A stretch of 64,000 bases of DNA from Acidimicrobiia bacterium (GCA_009694375.1 SHVB01000008.1:45743-109742), one strand, 5' to 3'; positions 1 through 8,873 are shown, counted from the first letter of the stretch. Made by a program: numbers and translations. The notes: generated from the letters alone by a model not told the origin.

Positions 1-4
1 GGCG

Positions 5-364
5 GTGCAGGCTCCCAAAGCCGTCGCTCGTCCCGCCCGGACGGTGGCCCCGGTCCTGCCCGAATCGGAGCGCTTCGTGCCCCTGGAGTTCCCCAGCCTC
101 GCCCCCGCTCAGTCCTATGACCCCGTGGAAGATGAGTTACTAGATCCGGCCGCGACCTTTCCCGGGTTGCGTGACAGTCAGGGGGATAGCGCCGACCCCG
201 ACGACATCACGCGTCAACTCGCCCAACTCTCCCCCCAGGCAGCCGAAGCGGTTCGCCTGGCGACCTCGGACGAGGCGGAAGCCGACGACGTGGAGTCCGA
301 AGCCAGCGAGGTGTCGCCTGGCCGCGGCATGTTGGTGAAGTTCCTCTCGTCGGTGAAGAGCTAA
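5..364 (+). CDS. 3' end of an acidic low-complexity hypothetical protein (5' end probably outside window)
   Basis: The reading frame is open to the window edge. The sequence is rich in Pro/Ala/Asp/Glu and ends in an amphipathic-looking tail, GRGMLVKFLSSVKS. It lies directly upstream of the pilT-like/pilD pair. No family recognised. Confidence 0.3.
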   Translation: MQAPKAVARPARTVAPVLPESERFVPLEFPSLAPAQSYDPVEDELLDPAATFPGLRDSQGDSADPDDITRQLAQLSPQAAEAVRLATSDEAEADDVESEASEVSPGRGMLVKFLSSVKS

Positions 365-390
365 GGGCATCACTGACGCCCGCAAGTGGC

Positions 391-1980
391 ATGGGGCATG
401 GTTTGACGATGCGTATTTCTTCTCGACGACTGGGTGAGTTCCTGGTGGCTCGGCGCGTGCTCTCTCGCGATGCCCTCGACGAACTTCTGGCCCGTGAAGC
501 CCGCGACGGCGTCCACCTGAGCAATCTTTTGATGATCGATCAGCTCGTGAGTGAGCAGGATCTCATGGCAGCGGTGGCTAGTGAACTTGGGGTGCCTTAC
601 GTCGACCTCGTTGAGAGGTCGATCCTGCCCGATGTATGGGGGCTCGTGCCCGAAGCATTTGCCCGACGCCATCTTGCCGTGGTGCTGGAACGGCGCACTG
701 CCGGCCTCCTCGTGGCGATGGAAGACCCCGGCGACGAGCCGACCGTGGCCGCGCTCGCCGAGTTGTTGGGGGTGCCCATTCTCCCGGCGGTGGCGGTGCG
801 GGCCGACCTACTGGCGCTCGTCGAGCAGATCTATGGCGTGGGTCAGTCTGATGGATCAGGATCCGAGGAGGCGGGCGCGCCCACGTTTGCCACCGCCGCG
901 CCGGGGTCATCCGGTTTGCAACTCAACGATTTATTGGATCAAGTGCTGGCCACCGGTGGCTCTGATCTCCACCTGACGGTGGGTGCGCCACCGGCGGTGC
1001 GGGTGCAAGGCGAACTCTGCCGGATGGCGAACATGGCGCCGCTCAATGGCTCCGAGGTGCGGCGTTTGGTGCTCGGCATGTTCACGGAAAAGCAACGCGA
1101 ACGCTTCCTGGCCGAGGGCGAGCTGGCCACCTCCCATGCCATCCCCGGACGCGGCCGGTTCCGCGTATCGGCGTTCGTTCAACGCGACTCGGTGGGGGCG
1201 GTCCTGCGTTTGGTGCCAGCGGAGATTCCTTCCGCCGAGGACCTCGGTCTGCCCGCCGACGTGATCCGATGGGCCGACCACACCAAAGGGCTGGTGCTGG
1301 TATGCGGGCCGCACGGCTCCGGAACAAGCACCACCATGGCCTCCTTGGTCGACCGCATCAACCGGGCCCGCGCCTGCCACATCCTCACGGTGGAACAGCC
1401 GATCGAGTTTCTTCACAAACACCGGGCCGCCATCGTGAATCAGCGCGAGGTGGGGGAAGACACCGCTACGTTCGAATCGGGTCTGCGCTATTCGCTGCGG
1501 CAGGATCCCGATGTTCTGGTGGTGGGGGAGATCCCCGATGTCGCCACCGTGCGCCATGTGCTCGCCGCCGCCGAGACGGGCCATCTCGTGATGGCCACGC
1601 TCCGCACCCTCGACACGGTCAAGACGCTGGAGCGCTTGGTTGACATCTTTCCGACCGATCAGCAGGTCCAGGTACGGCACCAGTTGGCTACGACCCTGCG
1701 CGGTATCGTGGTGCAGCAGTTGGTGCCGGCGATTGACGGAGGGTTCGCCCTGGCCACTGAAGTCATGAAGCCCACCGCAGAGGTGGTCCGTTGTATCCGT
1801 GAGGGCGACCATGGCAGCCTGGTGAAGGCCATGCTCGGTGGGCCAGCAATGGGAATGGGGACGATGGATCAGTCGTTGGCCCAGTTGGTGATCGAGCGCC
1901 AGGTAACGGTGAGCGACGCCGCCGACCGGGCCGTGGACCCCAACGAACTGCGCTACCTCACCTCCGGTCTCGATGCCTGA
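391..1980 (+). CDS. PilT-family type IV pilus ATPase homolog with N-terminal T2SSE_N/MshEN-like domain; catalytic motifs degenerate
   Basis: PilT signatures are present: DLHLTVGAPPAVRVQGEL, GRGRFRVSAF, NQREVGEDT, TGHLVMATL, MGTMDQSLAQLV. The N-terminal ~150 aa resembles GSPII_E_N. The Walker A reads GPHGSGTSTT. The start could alternatively be ATG 409. Confidence 0.8.
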   Translation: MGHGLTMRISSRRLGEFLVARRVLSRDALDELLAREARDGVHLSNLLMIDQLVSEQDLMAAVASELGVPYVDLVERSILPDVWGLVPEAFARRHLAVVLERRTAGLLVAMEDPGDEPTVAALAELLGVPILPAVAVRADLLALVEQIYGVGQSDGSGSEEAGAPTFATAAPGSSGLQLNDLLDQVLATGGSDLHLTVGAPPAVRVQGELCRMANMAPLNGSEVRRLVLGMFTEKQRERFLAEGELATSHAIPGRGRFRVSAFVQRDSVGAVLRLVPAEIPSAEDLGLPADVIRWADHTKGLVLVCGPHGSGTSTTMASLVDRINRARACHILTVEQPIEFLHKHRAAIVNQREVGEDTATFESGLRYSLRQDPDVLVVGEIPDVATVRHVLAAAETGHLVMATLRTLDTVKTLERLVDIFPTDQQVQVRHQLATTLRGIVVQQLVPAIDGGFALATEVMKPTAEVVRCIREGDHGSLVKAMLGGPAMGMGTMDQSLAQLVIERQVTVSDAADRAVDPNELRYLTSGLDA

Positions 1981-1998
1981 GGCCGATTCGTTAGGTTC

Positions 1999-2781
1999 TT
2001 GGGCATGCCAATGGATGTAACTACAACCGTGGTGCTGGCGGCGGGCCTGGTCGGGTTGCTCGTGGCCCCGGTTCTGAACGTGCTCATCGACCGGGTGCCC
2101 TCGCGGGCGCCGCTCCACGGGGAGCGAGAAGGTGAAGCGGCGGTACCGTTGTCCTGGCTGGGGATACCGGCCCAACCGTGGCTACTTCGTGCCGGCCGAG
2201 CGGCCCAGGGTCCGTTGCCCCGGCGGTGGCTCGCCGTGGAACTGGTGACCGTGGCGACCTTTGCGACCATGGCGGTGCAGTACCCCTCACTGGAACTGAT
2301 CCCCTTGCTGCTCCTCACGGCCTCGCTGATCACCGTGTCGGTGATCGATATTCAGTTGTTGCGCATCCCGGATCGGATCATCTTCCCCACTCTGGCGCTG
2401 GCCCTTCCACTCCTGTTGGCCATCTCCTGGTACCGCGACGATTTGGGCCCGTTCAAGGCGGGCCTGGCCGGCGGCGCTGGTTACTTCCTCCTGCTGTTCC
2501 TGCCACACGTCGTGTATCCGCGCGGCATGGGATTCGGAGATGTGAAATTGGCTCTCCTCATGGGGCTCTACCTCGGGTGGATGGGCTGGAGTTTGTCCTA
2601 TCCCATCGTGGGCCCGATGCGACTGGTGCTCTACGCCTTGATGTTGGGTTGCGCCTTCGGTGTGGTGTTCGGCCTGGTGGCACAAATCGTCACCCGAGCT
2701 TGGGGTGCCTTTCCGTTTGGACCGGCCCTGGCCGTGGGGTGCTACCTCGTGCTGCTTGGCGCGGTGGGTCTCCAGGGTTGA
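1999..2781 (+). CDS. pilD: prepilin peptidase (A24 family, PilD-like)
   Basis: Polytopic membrane protein carrying the two A24 aspartate motifs (VIDIQLLRIPD and GMGFGDVKL). Confidence 0.85.
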   Translation: MGMPMDVTTTVVLAAGLVGLLVAPVLNVLIDRVPSRAPLHGEREGEAAVPLSWLGIPAQPWLLRAGRAAQGPLPRRWLAVELVTVATFATMAVQYPSLELIPLLLLTASLITVSVIDIQLLRIPDRIIFPTLALALPLLLAISWYRDDLGPFKAGLAGGAGYFLLLFLPHVVYPRGMGFGDVKLALLMGLYLGWMGWSLSYPIVGPMRLVLYALMLGCAFGVVFGLVAQIVTRAWGAFPFGPALAVGCYLVLLGAVGLQG

Positions 2782-2836
2782 ACTAGAACGAACCTGGTAC
2801 ATCCCTTCACGCCGACCGCCAGGGAGGAGCCCCGAA

Positions 2837-3886
2837 ATGGCAGTGTCTACCGAACGCGACCCAAGCCTCACTCGGGCCCACCTGGCGGCATGGCTCGAAG
2901 CGCGCACCGGGGCCACCGCCGTAACGGTGGGGGAGGTGTCGATTCCGGGCTTGTCGGGGTTCTCCAACGAGACCTTGCTGTTTGACGCGCAGTGGCAGGG
3001 TGAGGTGCATCGCCTCGCCATTCGGGTGGAACCCACCGGCCACACCGTGTTCCCCGCCACCGCGTTCGATGCGCAGGTTTCGGTGATGCAGGCGCTGGGG
3101 GCAGAAGGCAGCGTGGCGGTGCCCACGGTGCGGTGGTTCGAGCAGGACACGACAGTGCTCGGAGCACGCTTCGTGTGCATGGATCGCGTGGCGGGCGAGG
3201 TGCCGGCCGACAACCCCGGCTATCACGGCGAAGGATGGATGCACGCCCTCGACGGCCCCGGCCAGCGCCGGGTATGGGAGAGCGGCTTGGATGCGATGGC
3301 CGCCATCCACCGGCTTGAGGTTGAGGCGTTGGGGCTCGAGTGGCTCGCCCTGGTGTCGCCGGCTCGGCAGTTGGAACTCGATCGGGAGTACCGCCGGTTC
3401 GCCGGCGGGGATGTTCCCTATCCGGTGGTGGATGAAGCCTTTGCGATCCTCGAAGCTTCCCTTCCCCCCGCGATCGAGCGGCCCGCTCTGTGCTGGGGCG
3501 ACTCGCGCATTGGCAACATGATCTTCGACGAGCACCAACAGGTGGCCGCAGTCTTGGACTGGGAGATGGTCACCTATGGCGACCCCGTGCAGGACCTGGC
3601 GTGGTTTCTCCTGTTGGATCGTCATCACACCATGGCCTTCGAAGTACCGCGCCTCGCCGGGCTACCCAGTCGAGCTGAATCCATCGCCCGTTGGGAGCAG
3701 GCCAGCGGCTACTCCGCTACCCATCTGGGCTGGTACGAACTCCTGGGGGCGGCCCGCTACGCCTCGGTGATGGTGCGGGTCATGATGCTCCTCGATGCGA
3801 GTGGGGTGTTCCCCGGTGCCGCCGATGCCGCCTTCGACCAGACCGGCACCCGATTGCTGGCCGAGATGCTCGCCGAGCGTTCCTAA
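2837..3886 (+). CDS. phosphotransferase-family protein (APH/choline-kinase fold)
   Basis: Catalytic-loop-like CWGDSRIGNMIF followed by LDWEMVTYGDPVQDLAW. SD GGGAGGAG precedes ATG 2837. The track ORF start at 2660 overlaps pilD and is rejected. Confidence 0.75.
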   Translation: MAVSTERDPSLTRAHLAAWLEARTGATAVTVGEVSIPGLSGFSNETLLFDAQWQGEVHRLAIRVEPTGHTVFPATAFDAQVSVMQALGAEGSVAVPTVRWFEQDTTVLGARFVCMDRVAGEVPADNPGYHGEGWMHALDGPGQRRVWESGLDAMAAIHRLEVEALGLEWLALVSPARQLELDREYRRFAGGDVPYPVVDEAFAILEASLPPAIERPALCWGDSRIGNMIFDEHQQVAAVLDWEMVTYGDPVQDLAWFLLLDRHHTMAFEVPRLAGLPSRAESIARWEQASGYSATHLGWYELLGAARYASVMVRVMMLLDASGVFPGAADAAFDQTGTRLLAEMLAERS

Positions 3887-3929
3887 CCCACGGCCCAGCT
3901 TTCGTGCCACACCACCCCAAGGAGATCTG

Positions 3930-4985
3930 ATGCTTTCGCCCCTCGACGACCTGCCGATCCACCAAGTCGCTCACCCGGTTCGCCAACCGGGCACCAGCGA
4001 CCGCAACTTCTACGACCGCTATTACTTCAACTGCCACCCATGTTCCGACGAAATGTTCCTCGTCATGGGCATGGGCCAGTATCCCAATCTCGGGGTGCAG
4101 GATGCCTTCGCGGTGGTGCGGCGCGGCGATGAGCATCGGGTGGTGCGAGCCTCGCGTGAACTAGGTCGCCACCGCGGTGATACGTCGGTCGGCCCGTTCG
4201 CAGTCGAAGTGGTGGAGGGGCTCAAGACGCTGCGTTGCACCCTGGATGCCCCAGAACATGGCCTGTCCTACGACCTCACCTGGGAGGGCTATGTCCCGGC
4301 CTTTCAGGAACCCCCGCACGTAGATCGAAACGCCAATGGCCGCGCGTTCCTGGATGCCTGCCGCTTCGCCCAACTTGGTTCATGGAGTGGGTGGATCGAC
4401 GTGGCCGGCGATCGCTTGGAGGTGACCCCGGACCATTGGTGGGGTAGTCGCGACCGCTCCTGGGGTATCCGGCCGGTGGGTGAACCCGAGGCCCCCGGCA
4501 ATCTGACGAGCCATCCCGCCGGGGCCTTTCGCTGGCTCTACGCCCCCTTCCGGATGCCCGACCATGCCTTGGTGTTCATTTGCCAGGAGCGCGAAAACGG
4601 CAGCCGGGTGCTGGAGGAAGCCGTACGGCTCTGGCCCGACGGTCGCGTCGATTTCCTGGGTCGGGCGGAGCACGATCTGCGCTGGAATGCCAACGGTCCG
4701 GGCCTGTTCGGGCTGGTCGAGGGAGGCACCCTTCGCCTGGGGGACCTCGTGGTGCAGGTGGAGCCGGTGCTCCCCGTGCACATTGGAGTGGGGACGGGCT
4801 ACGGCTTCGACGGTGACGGTTGGAAACACGGCGCGTATCAGGGGGACCTGGAGGTTCAGGGCAAGGTCTACGACCTCGCGTCGGAGACGGGTCGCGCCGC
4901 CATGTTCGGCATCGTGGATTCGGTGTCCAAGTTCACCATCGGCAACCAGACCGGCTGGGGCCTGTTCGAGCACCTCTACGTGTAG
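3930..4985 (+). CDS. conserved hypothetical protein (function unknown)
   Basis: Long ORF with normal coding composition. SD AAGGAG precedes ATG 3930. The track start at 3795 overlaps the upstream gene. No catalytic motif recognised. Confidence 0.6.
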   Translation: MLSPLDDLPIHQVAHPVRQPGTSDRNFYDRYYFNCHPCSDEMFLVMGMGQYPNLGVQDAFAVVRRGDEHRVVRASRELGRHRGDTSVGPFAVEVVEGLKTLRCTLDAPEHGLSYDLTWEGYVPAFQEPPHVDRNANGRAFLDACRFAQLGSWSGWIDVAGDRLEVTPDHWWGSRDRSWGIRPVGEPEAPGNLTSHPAGAFRWLYAPFRMPDHALVFICQERENGSRVLEEAVRLWPDGRVDFLGRAEHDLRWNANGPGLFGLVEGGTLRLGDLVVQVEPVLPVHIGVGTGYGFDGDGWKHGAYQGDLEVQGKVYDLASETGRAAMFGIVDSVSKFTIGNQTGWGLFEHLYV

Positions 4986-4986
4986 C

Positions 4987-5020
4987 GGCCCCCGTTGGAG
5001 GCGATGGTCAAGCGGGGGCC
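4987..5020. terminator. GC-rich hairpin between convergent genes (possible U-tract-less terminator)
   Basis: GGCCCCCG (4987-4994) pairs perfectly with CGGGGGCC (5013-5020) around an 18-nt loop. It lies between the stop at 4985 (+) and the stop at 5008 (-). No U-tract. Confidence 0.3.
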
Positions 5021-6066
5021 AGGCACACGGTCCAGGTGACCGGCACCAGTGATGACCGTTCTGCTCCCATCGAGCCAAAGACCACCACCTCATCGCCGCG
5101 CACCACCAGATTGGTTGCGGTGTAATACGCATCGGTGCTGGGGAGAATCTTGACGACGCGGAACTGGCCGTCGGCGGTGAGCTCTAACACGCCGGCGGTG
5201 AAGCCAACGTCGGCGCCGTCGTCATTCCGCCGGATGCGATCCACCGCCAGGAGTACACGCCCATCGGGGCGGGTGGCCAATCCCCACAGGCGGACATCGG
5301 CGAGGTCGGTGTTGTTGATGATCTCGGTGACTGGTTCATCGTCGGTTGGCCAGTCGGCCAGGAACGGGCGGATGGGGTTACCAACCACAAACCCCACTGC
5401 GCTCGCCCCGGCAGCGGTGGCCTCCAAATCCATCAACTTATTGTCGTCGGGTGCCGACGGTGGGGAAAGAGGCACCTTGGCCGTCGTCCAGTTCTGGCCA
5501 TCCGACGAGGTGACTAGCTCAGCGGTCCTGCCGTTGGCCGCTCCGCTCAGGGCATACCAACGGCCGCCGTCATGGGCGAGCGCGCTCAGGGTGGTGTCGC
5601 CGGTATGACCATCCAACCGCCAGGGAGTTTCGGTCCAGGTGACGAGGTCGCTCGATCGCCACATCCGGGCCGGGGCATCGGTCGTGGAGTTGTCTCTGGT
5701 GGCGACCCACACCTCACCATTGGCCTCGGTCATGGCCTGCGGTTCATCCTTCGGCCCGCCCGGGCGCGCCTGGCTACTCCAGGTGGTTTCCCCGACGGGG
5801 CGAACCCACAGCACATCTCCGATGGCCACCAGTTGCCCATCGGGACGAGCCAGGGCATCGGTGAGGGTGCCTTGATCTGGCGTATCGGGCAGAAGCACCG
5901 GTTCTTCGGTGGTTGCCTCACAGGCGATAGCCTGAAGCCCCGCGGTGGTGGGCGGGGCCTTCTTGGCTGTCGGCGGGTCGCTCTGGGTGCATGACGCCGC
6001 CGTCAAGGCGGCTACCACCAGCAGCAACGCTCCCCGTCCTGGGTATGGGCGGCGATGCGGTTCCAT
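5008..6066 (-). CDS. putative secreted lipoprotein with Asp-box-like repeats (beta-propeller-like)
   Basis: N-terminal signal LLLVVAALTAASC with a lipobox-like AASC. Repeated SSDLVTW / SSDGQNW motifs resemble BNR/Asp-boxes. Confidence 0.6.
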   Translation of the reverse strand: MEPHRRPYPGRGALLLVVAALTAASCTQSDPPTAKKAPPTTAGLQAIACEATTEEPVLLPDTPDQGTLTDALARPDGQLVAIGDVLWVRPVGETTWSSQARPGGPKDEPQAMTEANGEVWVATRDNSTTDAPARMWRSSDLVTWTETPWRLDGHTGDTTLSALAHDGGRWYALSGAANGRTAELVTSSDGQNWTTAKVPLSPPSAPDDNKLMDLEATAAGASAVGFVVGNPIRPFLADWPTDDEPVTEIINNTDLADVRLWGLATRPDGRVLLAVDRIRRNDDGADVGFTAGVLELTADGQFRVVKILPSTDAYYTATNLVVRGDEVVVFGSMGAERSSLVPVTWTVCLAPA

Positions 6067-6119
6067 GGAGAAGAAACCTACCGTCCAGAATAGGTGCCAG
6101 TACCAGCGCGGCCGACCGG

Positions 6120-6125
6120 TAACCT
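6120..6125 (+). promoter_or_regulatory. candidate -10 hexamer TAACCT placed 6 nt before the aroC ATG (leaderless arrangement)
   Basis: The sequence reads TAACCT-ccagcc-ATG(6132). There is no Shine-Dalgarno; the bases upstream of the ATG are CCTCC, which is anti-SD-like. Confidence 0.35.
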
Positions 6126-6131
6126 CCAGCC

Positions 6132-7304
6132 ATGCTTCGGTATCTGACCGCCGGTGAATCCCACGGGCGAGCCTTGGTGGTGATCGTGGAGGGCCTGCCC
6201 GCGGGCTTGGCGCTGGCCACCGAGCAGGTACAAACCGAATTGGGCCGTCGACGCTTGGGGTATGGGCGCGGCCCCCGAATGAAGTTCGAACAAGACGAGG
6301 TGACCATTGTCGGTGGGGTGCGGCACGGCATCACGCTGGGATCGCCGGTGGCCATCGAGGTGGCCAACAGCGAGTGGAACCGCGATCCTGAGAAGTGGCA
6401 GCGGGAGATGTCGGTGCGCGCTGAGGACGGCCCCACGCGGGCGCCCCTTACCCAGGTCCGTCCCGGCCATGCCGACCTCGCCGGGATGCAAAAGTACGGC
6501 CTGGCTGATGCGCGCGATGTCCTCGAGCGGGCCTCAGCTCGCGAAACAGCCGCCCGGGTGGCGGCGGGCACCATCGCCAAGGCGCTCTTGGCCGATCTTG
6601 ATGTGGAGATTCTGAGCCACGTCATCCAAATGGGCGGTGCCCGTTCGCCGGTAGCCGGCCGGCCCGGGCCCGGCGATCTGGCCCGGGTGGATGCGTCGCC
6701 CGTCCGTTGTTTCGACCCAACAGCGGCAGAGGAGATGGTGGCGCAGATCAAACAGGCGGCCAAGGACGGCGACAGCCTCGGGGGCATCGTGGAGGTACTG
6801 GCCTACGGCGTACCCGTGGGCCTCGGAAGTCATGTGCACTGGGACCGCAAACTCGATGCCCTGCTCGCCCAGGCCCTCATGTCGATTCAGGCCGTGAAAG
6901 GGGTGGAGATCGGCGACGGCTTCGAGGTGGCTGGTCGGCGCGGGAGCGACGCCCATGATCCCATCAACTGGAACGCCGAGACGGCCTCCTACCAGCGAGA
7001 GTCGTCGTTGGCCGGGGGCATCGAGGGCGGTATCTCTACCGGTGAGGTGATCGTGGCCCGCGCCGCCATGAAGCCCCTGGCCACGCTCAACCGGCCCACC
7101 CTCAAGAGTGTGGATACCGCCACCAAAGCCGAGACGGTGTCGTTCAAGGAGCGCACCGATGTGACGGCGGTACCCGCCATGGGGGTGGTGGCTGAGACCA
7201 TGATGGCCCTCGTGCTCGCCGACGAAGCCACCCGGAAGTTCGGCGGCGACTCGATGGCCGAGTTGCGCCGCAACCGCGATGCGTTCGTCGCGTCGCTCGG
7301 CTGA
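6132..7304 (+). CDS. aroC: chorismate synthase
   Basis: N-terminus MLRYLTAGESHGRAL and full-length similarity to AroC. Confidence 0.95.
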   Translation: MLRYLTAGESHGRALVVIVEGLPAGLALATEQVQTELGRRRLGYGRGPRMKFEQDEVTIVGGVRHGITLGSPVAIEVANSEWNRDPEKWQREMSVRAEDGPTRAPLTQVRPGHADLAGMQKYGLADARDVLERASARETAARVAAGTIAKALLADLDVEILSHVIQMGGARSPVAGRPGPGDLARVDASPVRCFDPTAAEEMVAQIKQAAKDGDSLGGIVEVLAYGVPVGLGSHVHWDRKLDALLAQALMSIQAVKGVEIGDGFEVAGRRGSDAHDPINWNAETASYQRESSLAGGIEGGISTGEVIVARAAMKPLATLNRPTLKSVDTATKAETVSFKERTDVTAVPAMGVVAETMMALVLADEATRKFGGDSMAELRRNRDAFVASLG

Positions 7305-7308
7305 TCCG

Positions 7309-7866
7309 ATGATCCGTCACGTGGTGCTGGTGGGTCTGATGGGCTCCGGTAAGACGACTATCGGGCGCCGGGTGGCCGGCACCCTCGACCGCCACTTCCT
7401 GGATGCCGACGCCGCCCTCCAGGAGATCTCCGACCGAACCATCGCCGAGATCTTCGAGCGTGACGGCGAGGATGCCTTTCGGGATCTCGAGGCCGACACG
7501 TTCGAAGAACTGCTCGAACATCACGAGCCCTGTGTGATCGCCAGCGGCGGCGGTCTCGTGTTGCGATCGGACAACCGAGCCCGAATGCGGCGCCGTGAGA
7601 TCACCGTGGTCTTCCTGGATGCCACCCCGGCTTTTCTCGCCAGCCGAGTGGAGCGCAAGGACCACCGACCGCTGCTCCACGGGGCTGAGCCGCCGGCAGA
7701 GGTACTCAGGCGGTTGCACTCCACGCGAGCGCCGCTCTACGCCGAGGTGGCCGACATCACCGTGTCCATCGAACCGTTTCATAGCTCAAGCCTCAAGCCT
7801 AAGCAGGCCATGGCGGAGAGCATCGCAGCGTTGGTGTTGGCGCACGAGCAGGCGGTGAGGGTGTGA
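7309..7866 (+). CDS. aroK: shikimate kinase
   Basis: P-loop LVGLMGSGKTTIGR. Start taken at ATG 7309, just after the aroC stop; the track start at 7279 overlaps aroC. Confidence 0.9.
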   Translation: MIRHVVLVGLMGSGKTTIGRRVAGTLDRHFLDADAALQEISDRTIAEIFERDGEDAFRDLEADTFEELLEHHEPCVIASGGGLVLRSDNRARMRRREITVVFLDATPAFLASRVERKDHRPLLHGAEPPAEVLRRLHSTRAPLYAEVADITVSIEPFHSSSLKPKQAMAESIAALVLAHEQAVRV

Positions 7867-8873
7867 TCATCGTGCCGGTGGCGGCAGCCGAGCGCACCTA
7901 CCCCGTACGGATCGGGCCGGGTGCCCGTCACGACCTCGCCGCCGTACTGCCCAAGGGAGTGGGGCGGGTGGCGGTGGTCACCCAAGCCGGCATCGGCATC
8001 ACCGTGCACTCTGGCTGCGAGCAACGCCAGACCGACATCCCTGATGGTGAGGCCCATAAGACCTTGACGACCGTGGAGATGCTCTGTCGTCAATGGGCCG
8101 CCTGGGGTCTCACCCGTGCCGATGCGGTGGTGGCCGTGGGAGGCGGCCTGGTGACCGACGTGGCCGGGTTTGCTGCCGCTAGTTACCACCGAGGAGTGGC
8201 CGTGGTGCATGTGCCCACCACCCTGCTAGGCATGGTGGACGCGGCGATCGGCGGCAAGACCGGGGTGAATCTTCCGGAGGGCAAGAACCTCGTCGGAGCG
8301 TTCTGGCAGCCGTACGCGGTGCTCTGCGACACCGATGCCCTCGCCACCTTGCCCGACCGCGAGTTGCGGTCGGGTCGCGGGGAGTTGGCGAAATACCACT
8401 TCCTGGCCGACGTCGATCTGCTGGGCCTTGATCTGCCCGAACGCATCGCCGCGGCGGTACAAATCAAAGCCACCGTGGTGGCCGGCGACGAACACGAGGA
8501 TCCCCACGCCCGCCGGGGCCGGGTCATTCTCAACTACGGGCACACCCTGGCTCACGCCCTCGAGATCGAAACGGGCCACGCCCTTCGCCACGGCGAGGCG
8601 GTGGCGGTGGGGCTGGCCTACGCCGCCGAGCTGGCTCGTCGTCTCGGGCGGATCGACGATGCTCGTGTGGCGGAGCACCACCGGGTGTTGGCGGCCTACG
8701 AACTGGACTCGGCGTTACCCCCTGGAGTGGCGCCGGACCGGCTCATCGAGTTGATGCGCCATGACAAGAAGGCTCTGCACGGACTGACCTTCGTGCTCGA
8801 TGGACCCGAAGGCGTCGAGGTGGTTTCCGACGTCGCTGAATCCGATGCCCGCGCTGCCCTGGAGGAAATCTGA
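7863..8873 (+). CDS. aroB: 3-dehydroquinate synthase
   Basis: Motifs GGGLVTDVAGFAAA, VPTTLLGMVDAAIGGKTGVN, NYGHTLAHALE. GTGA overlap with aroK. Confidence 0.93.
   Translation: MIIVPVAAAERTYPVRIGPGARHDLAAVLPKGVGRVAVVTQAGIGITVHSGCEQRQTDIPDGEAHKTLTTVEMLCRQWAAWGLTRADAVVAVGGGLVTDVAGFAAASYHRGVAVVHVPTTLLGMVDAAIGGKTGVNLPEGKNLVGAFWQPYAVLCDTDALATLPDRELRSGRGELAKYHFLADVDLLGLDLPERIAAAVQIKATVVAGDEHEDPHARRGRVILNYGHTLAHALEIETGHALRHGEAVAVGLAYAAELARRLGRIDDARVAEHHRVLAAYELDSALPPGVAPDRLIELMRHDKKALHGLTFVLDGPEGVEVVSDVAESDARAALEEI

Noticed and set aside
931-2175. Long antisense or out-of-frame ORFs throughout the track (e.g. 931-2175 -, 2287-3213 -, 9349-10731 -, 12002-13060 -, 14403-15467 -, 17819-18826 -, 19761-20885 -, 22726-24093 -, 34581-35690 -, 44604-45986 -, 47843-49060 -, 54559-55626 -)
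   Set aside because: Each overlaps a confidently identified gene on the other strand or frame. They have Arg/Gly/His/Pro-rich compositions typical of spurious ORFs in high-GC DNA, and I recognise no family motifs in them.
2660-2836. Upstream extensions of track ORFs (starts at 2660, 3795, 7279, 9076, 11490, 32481, 34191, 39799, 40799, 45481, 46779, 49623, 51505, 54571, 38468 -, 44728 -, 26328 -, 28470 -)
   Set aside because: The extensions overlap the preceding gene or known RNA elements (PyrR attenuator, FMN riboswitch) and have low-complexity Arg/Pro-rich sequence. Downstream starts coincide with SD sites, stop-start overlaps or the conserved N-termini of the families.
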